Shown here: positions 55,946 to 64,000 of the stretch, one piece after another
Position numbering within the stretch: position 1 is the first letter of the stretch
How the letters are laid out: every line of letters begins with the position of its first letter
Origin: a virus
Taxonomy: Duplodnaviria > Heunggongvirae > Uroviricota > Caudoviricetes
Reading direction: 5' to 3' (one strand)
Length of the DNA stretch: 64,000 bases
Virus record (IMG/VR): IMGVR_UViG_3300027608_000017
Translations under genes and position numbers: made by a program
The notes under the pieces: generated by a model
Database searches by the model: none
The model's input: only the letters and a program-made list of their open reading frames with translations
What the model was told of the DNA's origin: nothing

Positions 55946-57586
55946 ATGCCTGCTCCGCTCGAATCCTCGCCTGAATTGATAAACGAGCTGGATTTTCTAC
56001 TCGGCAACTGGGATCGACTCACGGACGCGGAGCGGGAGTTTTTAGTCTCCTGTTCTAGGTTCATCGACCGGGGCTACCGCGTCAATAAGTACATGATGGC
56101 AGTGCGGCCGAACCTGTATCCGAAGCAGCAGAAGTTCTTGGGTATGAACGACTTAGAGGTGTATACCGGAGGTTCCGGGGGTGGTGGAAAAAGCGATAGC
56201 CTTCTTCTGGCGGCCCTTCAGTTTGCGGATGTCCCCACGTATTCCGCTGTCGTGTTCCGCTCGACATTCAAGAACCTCAATCGCTCCGGCTCGATCATGG
56301 ACCGTTGCCGGGACTGGCTGCGAGACTCCGACGCCCACTGGGACGGCAATGACTACCGGTTCACGTTCCCCGGCGGCGCGAAGATCGGGTTCGCCTACAT
56401 GGAGTCACTCAAGCACGCGGACCAGCACCGATCGGCAGAGTACGTTTTTTGCGCCTACGACGAGGTGACGGAAATCCCCGAGGAATGCTACCGGTTCCTC
56501 TTCTCGCGTATGCGACGCAACAAGAACGGCCCCGCGATCCCGCTTCGCTGCCGCAGTGCCAGTAACCCCGGAGGGGAACACGCCGCGTGGGTCAAGTCCC
56601 GCTTCATCCCGCCCGAGTATCTGGCGTGCAAGGACAACGACTACCGGTTCAGTCGCGCGTGGGAGAAGTCCGACCCGTGCGGCGACTGTGGCGGGACCGG
56701 GAAGCTCGACGACATCGAGTGCCTGTATTGCGACGGGCTGGGGAAGCAGGTCCGGGTGTTTCTCCCGTCGCGAGTGCAGGACAACCCGGCGCTCGACGCG
56801 AACGAGTACCGCAAGTCCCTGTCACGCATGACGTGGATCGAACGGATGCAGGTCGAACATGGGGACTGGGACATCACTGCCGAGGGTGGCGTCTTCCGCA
56901 TGGCCTGGCTGCGATACTACACCGTCCAAGGGGAGTATCTGCGGCTCACTCGGTTCGATGAACACAACCGCCCGCTGCCGGACGTGATCGTCTCGCGCAG
57001 GGAGGCGATGGTGTTCGTGACGGCGGACACGGCAACCAAGGCCAAGACCAGCGCCGACTACTCGGTGATCGCAACATGGCTGTTTCATAGGGCTACTGGC
57101 TCACTGGCCCTCCTTGACGTAATCCGCAAGAAAGTGGACACTCCCGATCTGTTGCCGCTGTTGTCGGGTGCGTGCCTACAGGCCAAGGCCAAGTTTGTCT
57201 TGATTGAAGAGGCTTCGTCAGGGACGGAACTGATCCAGTTGTTGCGGAAAAACAACGCCTGTATCGGTGGCATCCCGGTCAAGTCGTATCTGACGGGATC
57301 GCTCGACAAGGTGGCACGATCGGCCCCGGCTCAGTTACGGATGGAATCGGGGATGGTCTACTTCCCTGCGTTTGAGACGGCTTGGAAAGCCGAGTGCGTG
57401 GCCGAGTTGCTCTCGTTCCCGAAGTCGGTCAACGACGACTTTGTGGACAACGTGAGCATGGCGGCATGGTACGCCGAGAACCACAACTCGATTCACGTTG
57501 GCGGAAACAACGCCAGCAACCTGCCCTCCGAAATCGGCAGCGGCCCCCTGCTTTCATTCACTCGCAGTTCACTCGATGAGTATTGA
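55946..57586 (+). CDS. terL: terminase large subunit
   Basis: Walker A GGSGGGGKS (compare GGRGSGKS), Walker B YDEV, C-terminal nuclease; inserted Cys pairs CGDCGGTGK...CLYCDGLGK. Confidence 0.85.
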   Translation: MPAPLESSPELINELDFLLGNWDRLTDAEREFLVSCSRFIDRGYRVNKYMMAVRPNLYPKQQKFLGMNDLEVYTGGSGGGGKSDSLLLAALQFADVPTYSAVVFRSTFKNLNRSGSIMDRCRDWLRDSDAHWDGNDYRFTFPGGAKIGFAYMESLKHADQHRSAEYVFCAYDEVTEIPEECYRFLFSRMRRNKNGPAIPLRCRSASNPGGEHAAWVKSRFIPPEYLACKDNDYRFSRAWEKSDPCGDCGGTGKLDDIECLYCDGLGKQVRVFLPSRVQDNPALDANEYRKSLSRMTWIERMQVEHGDWDITAEGGVFRMAWLRYYTVQGEYLRLTRFDEHNRPLPDVIVSRREAMVFVTADTATKAKTSADYSVIATWLFHRATGSLALLDVIRKKVDTPDLLPLLSGACLQAKAKFVLIEEASSGTELIQLLRKNNACIGGIPVKSYLTGSLDKVARSAPAQLRMESGMVYFPAFETAWKAECVAELLSFPKSVNDDFVDNVSMAAWYAENHNSIHVGGNNASNLPSEIGSGPLLSFTRSSLDEY

Positions 57587-57616
57587 TTTTCAGAACATTC
57601 ACAGGAGTTCTTTTCG

Positions 57617-58393
57617 ATGCCGGTTCCCGAGCGTGGTGTGGTGTATGTCGAGACCCCGAATTTCGAGCGTGTGACCACTCTCGTGGCGGTTCATTTCATG
57701 ACATCCCCCCCGAGGTTTACGGCCAGCGTGTTCGAGGAGATTCTGTCCCGTCGCTGGGTCGATAAGCTCCAGTACGGCAGTTTCACCCACGGCCAGAGAA
57801 CCCAACTCATCGCCGCCATCCAAGCGTGGAACGCCGTTCACGATCCGATCATCAAACCTGTCGCCCCAGCCCCAGCCCCAGCTCCCGCGACTGCGAGGTT
57901 CCCTGCCATTGGCTATGTGTCGCTGGAGGTCATCCGCGACGGTGAGACATGGCGACTGGCGATGGGTAGTGAGCGACCTCACGGCACGCTCAATGTGTTC
58001 TTCCTGACTTCCATCGACGGCCACAACGCGGGCGACTACATCCAGATTGCTGACGGATTATGGGTGTCGAACTCGCACCCGATCGACCCGTCGCTGCTGC
58101 CGCATGTTCTCGCCGAGATCGAGCGGTGGAAGGCCGAGCAGTCCCCCAAAATCGAGAACAAGCCCCCCGCCTACAGTGGCGAGAACAAGGGGTCGCCGGA
58201 CGCGATGATTGCCTGGCTCCGGAGGGACAAGTCAGCGTTGGCCACGGACGCGGCCGACGAGATCGAACGGCTCCGGGGCTGGCTGCTGCGGATGTACGAG
58301 CAGGCCGCCCGCAACAACTGGCACATCTACTCGTGCGTCGCCCATGACGCCCTGACGGGCAAACCGGTTCCAGAGCGAAAGGTCCAGGTATGA
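57617..58393 (+). CDS. hypothetical protein
   Basis: 258 aa; too short and dissimilar to be a portal. Confidence 0.45.
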   Translation: MPVPERGVVYVETPNFERVTTLVAVHFMTSPPRFTASVFEEILSRRWVDKLQYGSFTHGQRTQLIAAIQAWNAVHDPIIKPVAPAPAPAPATARFPAIGYVSLEVIRDGETWRLAMGSERPHGTLNVFFLTSIDGHNAGDYIQIADGLWVSNSHPIDPSLLPHVLAEIERWKAEQSPKIENKPPAYSGENKGSPDAMIAWLRRDKSALATDAADEIERLRGWLLRMYEQAARNNWHIYSCVAHDALTGKPVPERKVQV

Positions 58394-58716
58394 ACGAGCC
58401 GACGACAAGTCTCCGTGAACGATTCGAGCTGTCTTATGCCGAGTTCCTGAAAGCGCAGGAAGGCTACTCTGACTGCGAAAGCATCCTCGCGACGGTCAGG
58501 CACTTGGATGAGTTGCTAATGCGGGAAGGGGCGGGTTCCTTGGAATACCACGAGAAGGAGACGCTGCGCGGTGGCGTGTACCACTCCGGTCGCAGGAGAT
58601 CGTCATCGCGCGACGAGGCGTCGGCCTATATGGACGCCCTCATGGCGCAGTTTATCGCCACGGAGTTCGCGAAACGTGGCGGGCAGGCCGGTGAGATGAA
58701 AAAGGGAGTGACCTAA
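58390..58716 (+). CDS. hypothetical protein
   Basis: 108 aa, ATGA overlap. Confidence 0.45.
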   Translation: MNEPTTSLRERFELSYAEFLKAQEGYSDCESILATVRHLDELLMREGAGSLEYHEKETLRGGVYHSGRRRSSSRDEASAYMDALMAQFIATEFAKRGGQAGEMKKGVT

Positions 58717-59075
58717 TGGATCCACTGACATCCGCCATCGTCGGCCATCTCGTCGGCGACTACATCATCCAAACGGACTGGATGGCCCTCAACAAGAAGA
58801 AGCCGGGAATGGCCGGATTGTTTCCGTGCGTTGTGCATTGCGTGCTGTGGGCGTGCAGCGTGATGTTGTTCTCGGGCTGCTGGTCGATCCCCTTGGCGGC
58901 GCTGCTGTTCAGCACACACCTCGTCCAAGACGGCACGTCGATCGTGCGCGACTGGATGCGACTCGTCGGCCAAGAGCAGTTTGCGACCGGGGCTTGCTCG
59001 CCTTGGTCGATCATCGTCGTGGACAACGTACTCCACATCGTGACCATCTGGCTCGTGTGGAGGTTCTGGTTGTGA
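58716..59075 (+). CDS. DUF3307 family membrane protein
   Basis: HLVGDYIIQTDWMALNKKK matches the DUF3307 signature; three TM helices. Confidence 0.55.
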   Translation: MDPLTSAIVGHLVGDYIIQTDWMALNKKKPGMAGLFPCVVHCVLWACSVMLFSGCWSIPLAALLFSTHLVQDGTSIVRDWMRLVGQEQFATGACSPWSIIVVDNVLHIVTIWLVWRFWL

Positions 59076-59338
59076 CAGCCGAAGAAAGGCAATACGCCGC
59101 CGGTGCCATCGAGCGGGCGAGACAACTGATCGAGGCCATCGGCGATCTGGATGCGGCGTTCGATATTCGTTGCACCCGCTCCTGCTACGCCCAGTTCAAT
59201 GCCCGTGGCGAGGCGCAGGCCATCCCCAACAAGCTCCTGCTGGATGTCATCGCCACCGGGCTGGTGACGCTCAAGAAGCAACACGAGGCCGAGTTGGCGG
59301 TAATAACCCTCACGAAGCCTGCGGAGCCGCCACTGTGA
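59072..59338 (+). CDS. hypothetical protein
   Basis: GTG overlapping the upstream TGA. Confidence 0.35.
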   Translation: MTAEERQYAAGAIERARQLIEAIGDLDAAFDIRCTRSCYAQFNARGEAQAIPNKLLLDVIATGLVTLKKQHEAELAVITLTKPAEPPL

Positions 59339-59607
59339 ACGCGCAAGACATGTTCGAGCTATCTCTCTCGGAATTCCGCGAGACCGTCGCCCCGATATAC
59401 GCGGAATGCGAGGCCATGCTCTTGGCGATTGCCGGTCTGCGCGTCGCGCTCTCGGCTTCGTCCGACTCGGTGTCTTACAGGGACACCGGTTTTCATCTCG
59501 GAGACGGCAGTCCGCTCATCGTGGTTTCGCGCGCAGAGGCGGTTCGCGTTCTCGATAAACTCATGGCGGATTTCTGCAAAGCATCCTTCTCGAAGTGGGC
59601 CTGTTAG
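59335..59607 (+). CDS. hypothetical protein
   Basis: GTGA overlap again. Confidence 0.35.
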   Translation: MNAQDMFELSLSEFRETVAPIYAECEAMLLAIAGLRVALSASSDSVSYRDTGFHLGDGSPLIVVSRAEAVRVLDKLMADFCKASFSKWAC

Positions 59608-59936
59608 CCATGAACGACCATCGCCCCGAAAAGGTCCGGCTCCTCGCCTCCTACATCGCCAGCGGCGTCATGGGCGAGTTCACGGCCGGAGTCGAGGGAT
59701 TCCTCAAGTCGCTCGGCGCAGACGAATCCAACGCGAGCGAGTTCAACGTCCGCACGTTTCAGACGGACCCCACGACCGAACACGTCTACCGCAACGCCGA
59801 ACACCTCGGCACGATCCAAGCCTACGTTTCCGCAGACGCGCTCTCGTTGAGCGTGCGCTGCTTCAGGACGGAGCCGGACGCAACAGCGCCGATGGTTCCA
59901 CTCGCCACGTTACTCTCGACAGGACTACGACCTTGA
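59595..59936 (+). CDS. hypothetical protein
   Basis: 113-aa ORF; start may be Met at 59610. Confidence 0.35.
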   Translation: MGLLAMNDHRPEKVRLLASYIASGVMGEFTAGVEGFLKSLGADESNASEFNVRTFQTDPTTEHVYRNAEHLGTIQAYVSADALSLSVRCFRTEPDATAPMVPLATLLSTGLRP

Positions 59937-60361
59937 GCCACGACAAGAACCGAACCAGCCAGGCCGGACCACTGCAAAGCCAAGTTGCCGCGAGCAAAGT
60001 GGCCGCCGCCACCGTCGAGACCATTCGCGACGCGGGAGATGTCTTCACCGCGAAGGAGCTTCAGATCGTGATCGACGACCTGAAGAAGGGGCAAGCCACG
60101 AAAAACAAGATTCTCGATTGGCTGCTCGCGAGTATTCAGCCGCACGTCATGCAGCACATGAAGCCGCTGATGTTCCACCTGACCGACACTTGCGACGAGC
60201 GCGAGTTGGGGCAGTGCATCGACTACCTGAAACTCAAGATGCCCAACGCGGCCGACTACGTGGAGTCGTACCGCGACTGGATGACGGGCCTTGTGACGGC
60301 GCGCGTCAGGACGGCCGAGATCAAGCAGGAGTCGCTGGCGGAACTGGCATCGCAGGCGTAG
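59933..60361 (+). CDS. hypothetical protein
   Basis: TTG start overlapping the upstream TGA. Confidence 0.4.
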   Translation: MSHDKNRTSQAGPLQSQVAASKVAAATVETIRDAGDVFTAKELQIVIDDLKKGQATKNKILDWLLASIQPHVMQHMKPLMFHLTDTCDERELGQCIDYLKLKMPNAADYVESYRDWMTGLVTARVRTAEIKQESLAELASQA

Positions 60362-60366
60362 GGGCG

Positions 60367-60822
60367 TCAGAGGTATTCCCATTCGCCGTCCGTCAGTCGC
60401 TCCAATCGCGTGTGGCAACCGGGGCGGACGAGCGTCTTGGCCTGCTGCTCGCGATTCACGGCTGATTCCGGTGTCGCGTCAGCATTGATAACGCCCTCGA
60501 AATTATCGTAGATCACCCGCATCAACTCGTCCGTTTCGTCGTCTCGTTCGGTAATGCGGAATGTTGACAGCGGAAGCGTTGGCTCGACGATCGACCATGT
60601 GACATGCACCAAGTTGTCTTGATCGCTCAAGTCGGCATCAGCCCATTGGTGTCCGTGTTCAATGGCATCCTCGATCAGCTCGTACACCGACTCCGACTCG
60701 TCGTGGTCAGCCGAGAATTGCGCTCCGCAATCGACGATCTTCCCGTCGATTAGCTTGCCACTTCCGGCCCACACCCCGTCCACCGAGATGCTGATTGTCG
60801 TGTAGTTTTCGGTTGTCGTCAT
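60367..60822 (-). CDS. acidic hypothetical protein
   Basis: Start at MTTTENY, preceded by P5. Confidence 0.45.
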   Translation of the reverse strand: MTTTENYTTISISVDGVWAGSGKLIDGKIVDCGAQFSADHDESESVYELIEDAIEHGHQWADADLSDQDNLVHVTWSIVEPTLPLSTFRITERDDETDELMRVIYDNFEGVINADATPESAVNREQQAKTLVRPGCHTRLERLTDGEWEYL

Positions 60823-60912
60823 GGCCGCTTCCTCTGTTCGTGTTCCCGCCACCCGCGAAGTGCGATTGGCTGAGAAACTATACAGTTGGCTCGGCCAATG
60901 TTAGCGCGAAAT
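60823..60912 (-). promoter_or_regulatory. conserved promoter element P5 (CTAACA-N15-TATAGT)
   Basis: GATTTCGCGCTAACATTGGCCGAGCCAACTGTATAGTTTCTCAGCCAATCGCACTTCGCGGGTGGCGGGAACACGAAC. Confidence 0.5.
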
Positions 60913-60916
60913 CTCG

Positions 60917-61486
60917 TCACCGCCGCCGGAGTTTGCGTTCCGCCTCTTTGCGATCGGCTTCTCGACGCTCCCGCTGCTGGCTCTCACTGAGGGGGTAGTG
61001 GGAGTCGCAGTGGAACAAAACACGGCCGTCAACGACCGTGCCTTTCGTGACAGGTTTCGAGCGGCAGTGAAAGCACGATGCCGAAGCCCAGAACTCGCGT
61101 ATCGCCGCCTTCTGTTCCGCGACCGCCATCTTTGTGTTCGGGTCGTTTTCGATTCGCTCGCGACGCATTCTCTCGGCCTCAATCAGCGGCGCGGCCCAAC
61201 GCATCATACTGCTCGCAAACCGTGGGTATTCCCGTGGCGCAGGCGTGTCCCTGCGCCACCAGACCGGAGGGACGCCGCGACCTAATCGCACGAACTTCAG
61301 CCGCTTGATTCTCAGGCGAGTCGCGGCGGCCAAGACACCAAAGTCCGCGATCCGATCACGGACACCGAATGGCTGTTGCGTGCCATCGAACCCGGATGGG
61401 CCGTAGCTGAGCGTGCCCGGAGCGATGACATTGGCGGCGTCGCTCCATGTGGCATTGATCGCATGAAGAATCTCGTCGCGTGTCAT
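60917..61486 (-). CDS. hypothetical protein with C-terminal CxxC/HxC zinc site
   Basis: ATG 61486 (MTRDEILHAI); ATGA overlap with the upstream HTH gene. Confidence 0.45.
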   Translation of the reverse strand: MTRDEILHAINATWSDAANVIAPGTLSYGPSGFDGTQQPFGVRDRIADFGVLAAATRLRIKRLKFVRLGRGVPPVWWRRDTPAPREYPRFASSMMRWAAPLIEAERMRRERIENDPNTKMAVAEQKAAIREFWASASCFHCRSKPVTKGTVVDGRVLFHCDSHYPLSESQQRERREADRKEAERKLRRR

Positions 61487-61692
61487 TCCGTCTCCTGCGT
61501 TGGAGCGAGCCGATACCCCAGCCAGTCGCAGACGGCCAGAAAGAAATCCGCCTTGGGCTGCGAGTAGCACTGCATGAACGAGGTCAGGGCATGAGCCGAG
61601 ACGCCGATCTCGGGCGCGAGTGCCTTCGGAAAACGGATGTCGCGGTCACGCATGACGCGGTAGACCTTCGCACGGGCTTCATCGACCGTCAT
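61483..61692 (-). CDS. small HTH DNA-binding protein
   Basis: LAPEIGVSAHALTSFMQ helix-turn-helix-like. Confidence 0.45.
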   Translation of the reverse strand: MTVDEARAKVYRVMRDRDIRFPKALAPEIGVSAHALTSFMQCYSQPKADFFLAVCDWLGYRLAPTQETE

Positions 61693-62528
61693 TGCATCAC
61701 CCCCGCTTCTCGCGACAGGGCGGGATCGTTCGGGATCGCGAACAACTCGCCGTGAGCAAGTCGGATCTGGCTGATCTCGCGCCGCCGAAGGAAGGCGTCG
61801 AGCGCGTATTCCACCTTCGCGTAGGCTTCCGCACGGGCCAGGTGCCCAGCGCTGCCGGAGATGTGCCCCCGCAGAAACAGGTCACGCAACTTGATCGCCG
61901 CGATGTCTTCCCCGTTCGTGATCACGCCGCTGATGAAGCAATCGACGAACTCCTTCAGTCGCACCGGGTCTTGCGTAAACGTAGCTCGCGCCACAGGGGC
62001 CACGACCGCGACCGACGTGATCCCCTTTTTGTTGCAGTTCAAACCCAGTTTGTACGCAGTGCGAATCGCGTCCGAGTACAGTTCAAACCACTCGCGCAAC
62101 TGCTCGTTGGTCGCGAATCGCACCCAGACCGGCTCCGAGTTGCAGGACATCAGCATGCGCTTCAGTGTCGCAACTTCCGCCCGCGTCGCACGAACCCCGC
62201 TGATCGTGATCGCGTCGGACGCCGAGCGTGAGCTGCCGAGGTTGACGTTCATCGCGCTGCGCAGGCCACGATAGACCCACATCCACGCCGAGACGCCCGT
62301 GTTGACGATCGCCGTCAGTCGCGTCTGGCCGTCCACGAGTTGGCCATCGGGGTTGAACGCGATCCCCTCGTGCGTGGTCTCGAATGTCCCGGCCTCCAGC
62401 GCGCGAGTGAGAGCCTCTAGGCCCGACGCGCGGATCAGGCGGTTGGGCGCTTTATCGGCGAGCATTTTCTCGGCCCGCTGCGAGGTAATCAGCTCTAGCG
62501 ACCACGTTCCGACGTTCGGCTTAATCAT
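61689..62528 (-). CDS. ParB/Srx-like nuclease-domain protein
   Basis: LIRASGLEALTRALEAG...VDGQTRLTAI resembles the ParB N-terminal domain. Confidence 0.5.
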   Translation of the reverse strand: MIKPNVGTWSLELITSQRAEKMLADKAPNRLIRASGLEALTRALEAGTFETTHEGIAFNPDGQLVDGQTRLTAIVNTGVSAWMWVYRGLRSAMNVNLGSSRSASDAITISGVRATRAEVATLKRMLMSCNSEPVWVRFATNEQLREWFELYSDAIRTAYKLGLNCNKKGITSVAVVAPVARATFTQDPVRLKEFVDCFISGVITNGEDIAAIKLRDLFLRGHISGSAGHLARAEAYAKVEYALDAFLRRREISQIRLAHGELFAIPNDPALSREAGVMQ

Positions 62529-62603
62529 TGTTCTCGTTGTCCTGAAAGGGTTGTAAACAAAGAGGCTCCCGCTGACATCCAGCAGGCTTGGGGCCAGCAA
62601 TAA

Positions 62604-62861
62604 TCAGCCGAGTGGCTCGTCGGGAATCCGGAACTCCCACGACGTGATCTTCTTCCTCAGTTGGTCAAGTGCATTCGCGCGATCGCGCTCCGTCTCGTAC
62701 CTGGCCCACACTCGCCACCCGTTGTTCTGAAAGCCGAAGTAAACCTTCCCGGTGTAACATGCTTCAATCGCCAAGGTCTTCTTGCCGTGTTTGCGTCGAT
62801 GCCGTAGGGCGGGTTCTTCAATGGGCGGGGGTCGGTGATCTCGGTCACGCATCGTCGCCAC
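62604..62861 (-). CDS. hypothetical basic protein
   Basis: 85-aa ORF. Confidence 0.4.
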   Translation of the reverse strand: MATMRDRDHRPPPIEEPALRHRRKHGKKTLAIEACYTGKVYFGFQNNGWRVWARYETERDRANALDQLRKKITSWEFRIPDEPLG

Positions 62862-63342
62862 CTTGATCGAGCCGGTCGTAGTAGTCGCTGCGCAGGTAGC
62901 CGACGGACTCAGACATTTCGCAGCCGGGAGGCATGATCCCGGCGAAGTTTGTGGCGATGCTCACCAGCCGCACGGTCCCCGCGACAATCTCGACCGCCCC
63001 GACCGTGTGTTCGGAGTCTTGGTCGGTGAATTGGCCCTGCTGGAGGTCTCCCTTGCTTTCGTGCAGCCTGTAAATGGAGTTGACGACGGCGAGGAAGTGG
63101 ACGGGGCGCTTCGCCAGCATCAGCGGGGCTTCTTCGTCGTCATCACTGGGGGCGTGCCCGTCGTGATCGACGGCGAACACGGCGTGGTATCCCGGCGCGG
63201 CGATGAGTTGGACAATCCGGCACTCCCGAGTTGTCAGCCCCTCGCCCTCGCCTTCCGCGCCTTCCTCGCTGTCGTCGCCTCGATAGTGGCCCACGTCGTC
63301 AAAATTGTCGTCAGGATTGTCGTCGTCGTCATCAATCGCCAT
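62845..63342 (-). CDS. highly acidic hypothetical protein
   Basis: MAIDDDDDNPDDNFDD... Confidence 0.4.
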   Translation of the reverse strand: MAIDDDDDNPDDNFDDVGHYRGDDSEEGAEGEGEGLTTRECRIVQLIAAPGYHAVFAVDHDGHAPSDDDEEAPLMLAKRPVHFLAVVNSIYRLHESKGDLQQGQFTDQDSEHTVGAVEIVAGTVRLVSIATNFAGIMPPGCEMSESVGYLRSDYYDRLDQGGDDA

Positions 63343-63383
63343 ATACGTTGCCTCCTAGCGTTAAAGCCCCAGCCTGCCGGACC

Positions 63384-63626
63384 TCATTCATCTGGCCAGT
63401 CGTCTACCTTTTCTCCGTCGTGACAGAAGCAAGTGGCGACGCCCCTCCAGTCGCAGGACGGGCAGGTGTTGCGACGCGACACGGTCAGTACGTGACCGTT
63501 TCGGCACCGGTAGGTTCTGGCGCGGCAATTGTCGTCGTGGTTATGACCTACGGGTGATTCGCACCCGACCAACGTCGCCATCGTCCCGCCGTGAGACATC
63601 TGCTCTCCGCATGTCGCGCAGATCAT
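63384..63626 (-). CDS. zinc-ribbon protein (4 Cys pairs)
   Basis: CATCGEQ...CESPVGH...CRNGH...CPSCDW...CFCHDGE. Confidence 0.45.
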   Translation of the reverse strand: MICATCGEQMSHGGTMATLVGCESPVGHNHDDNCRARTYRCRNGHVLTVSRRNTCPSCDWRGVATCFCHDGEKVDDWPDE

Positions 63627-63664
63627 GATTGCCGCCTTTCTGAATCATGGTTTCGCGGCCACGA

Positions 63665-64000
63665 CTAAAGCCCCAGCCTGCCGCAAATCTCAGCCACGAT
63701 GGGCGAGCGCATGTTGTCCTCGCGCGTGAACCGCACGACGGCCATCGACGCGAGCATCTCGGGCGTCGAGAGTTGCCGCACGGTCTCGATCAGCGGACTG
63801 ATGCCGCCGATGTCCTGCTGGCGCTCGTCCCCGGTGAAGATCAGCTTGGTCCCGTGGTCGATGCGGGTCAGGATCATTTCCAGTTGGATGCGGCTGGCAT
63901 TCTGGGATTCGTCGAGGATCAGGATCGAATCCTTGTAGGACGCCCCGCGCATCAGCTCCAGCGGCGTGATGCGCAGCATGTCCCGCGCGAGCAACGCTTC
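63665..64000 (-). CDS. phoH: PhoH-like ATPase (C-terminal part; gene continues beyond the window)
   Basis: ILILDESQNAS...ILTRIDHGTKLIFTGDERQ matches the PhoH Walker B region. Confidence 0.6.
   Translation of the reverse strand, partial: EALLARDMLRITPLELMRGASYKDSILILDESQNASRIQLEMILTRIDHGTKLIFTGDERQQDIGGISPLIETVRQLSTPEMLASMAVVRFTREDNMRSPIVAEICGRLGL

Noticed and set aside
1-64000. Diversity-generating retroelement or other reverse-transcriptase system targeting the tail fiber/repeat proteins
   Set aside because: No ORF with RT motifs (YxDD etc.) anywhere in the window, and no template/variable repeat pair with adenine-specific differences was seen.

Overview
This 64 kb window is GC-rich (about 60-65% GC) and reads as a temperate tailed-phage or prophage genome segment, possibly of planctomycete-like origin. 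I found no rRNA, CRISPR array, complete tRNA or reverse transcriptase.

Gene modules, left to right:
- Minus-strand recombination/replication module (2.0-9.0 kb): beta-class N6A/N4C DNA methyltransferase, DnaQ-like 3'-5' exonuclease, CsrA homolog, RecT annealing protein paired with a YqaJ exonuclease.
- Integration module (10.7-13.9 kb): excisionase-like HTH protein and a tyrosine integrase, flanked by two tRNA-like 3' fragments (T-arm plus acceptor) and two tandem-repeat arrays, resembling an attP region.
- Integrase-proximal accessory operon (14.7-18.8 kb): lipoprotein, GNAT acetyltransferase, unknown protein, DUF1064-like nuclease, membrane-anchored trypsin-like protease.
- Iteron-rich noncoding region (19.9-20.1 kb).
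- Host-recognition/late block on the plus strand: 1199-aa tail-fiber protein with triplicated modules, a glycosyltransferase, a radical-SAM/class-I-methyltransferase fusion, a 499-aa tandem-repeat protein, T4-like dNMP kinase, SPFH protein, metallophosphoesterase, DUF736 protein.
- ECF sigma factor on the minus strand, then a DnaN sliding clamp and a 2655-aa repeat-containing giant protein on the plus strand.
- HNH endonuclease, followed by a minus-strand array of about 10 small, often acidic genes, each behind a conserved promoter-like element.
- MazG, terminase large subunit, DUF3307 protein, ParB-like protein and a PhoH-like ATPase that runs off the window edge.

No portal or capsid gene was recognised, so the element probably extends beyond this window.

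High GC produces many antisense ORFs; I treated these as artifacts.
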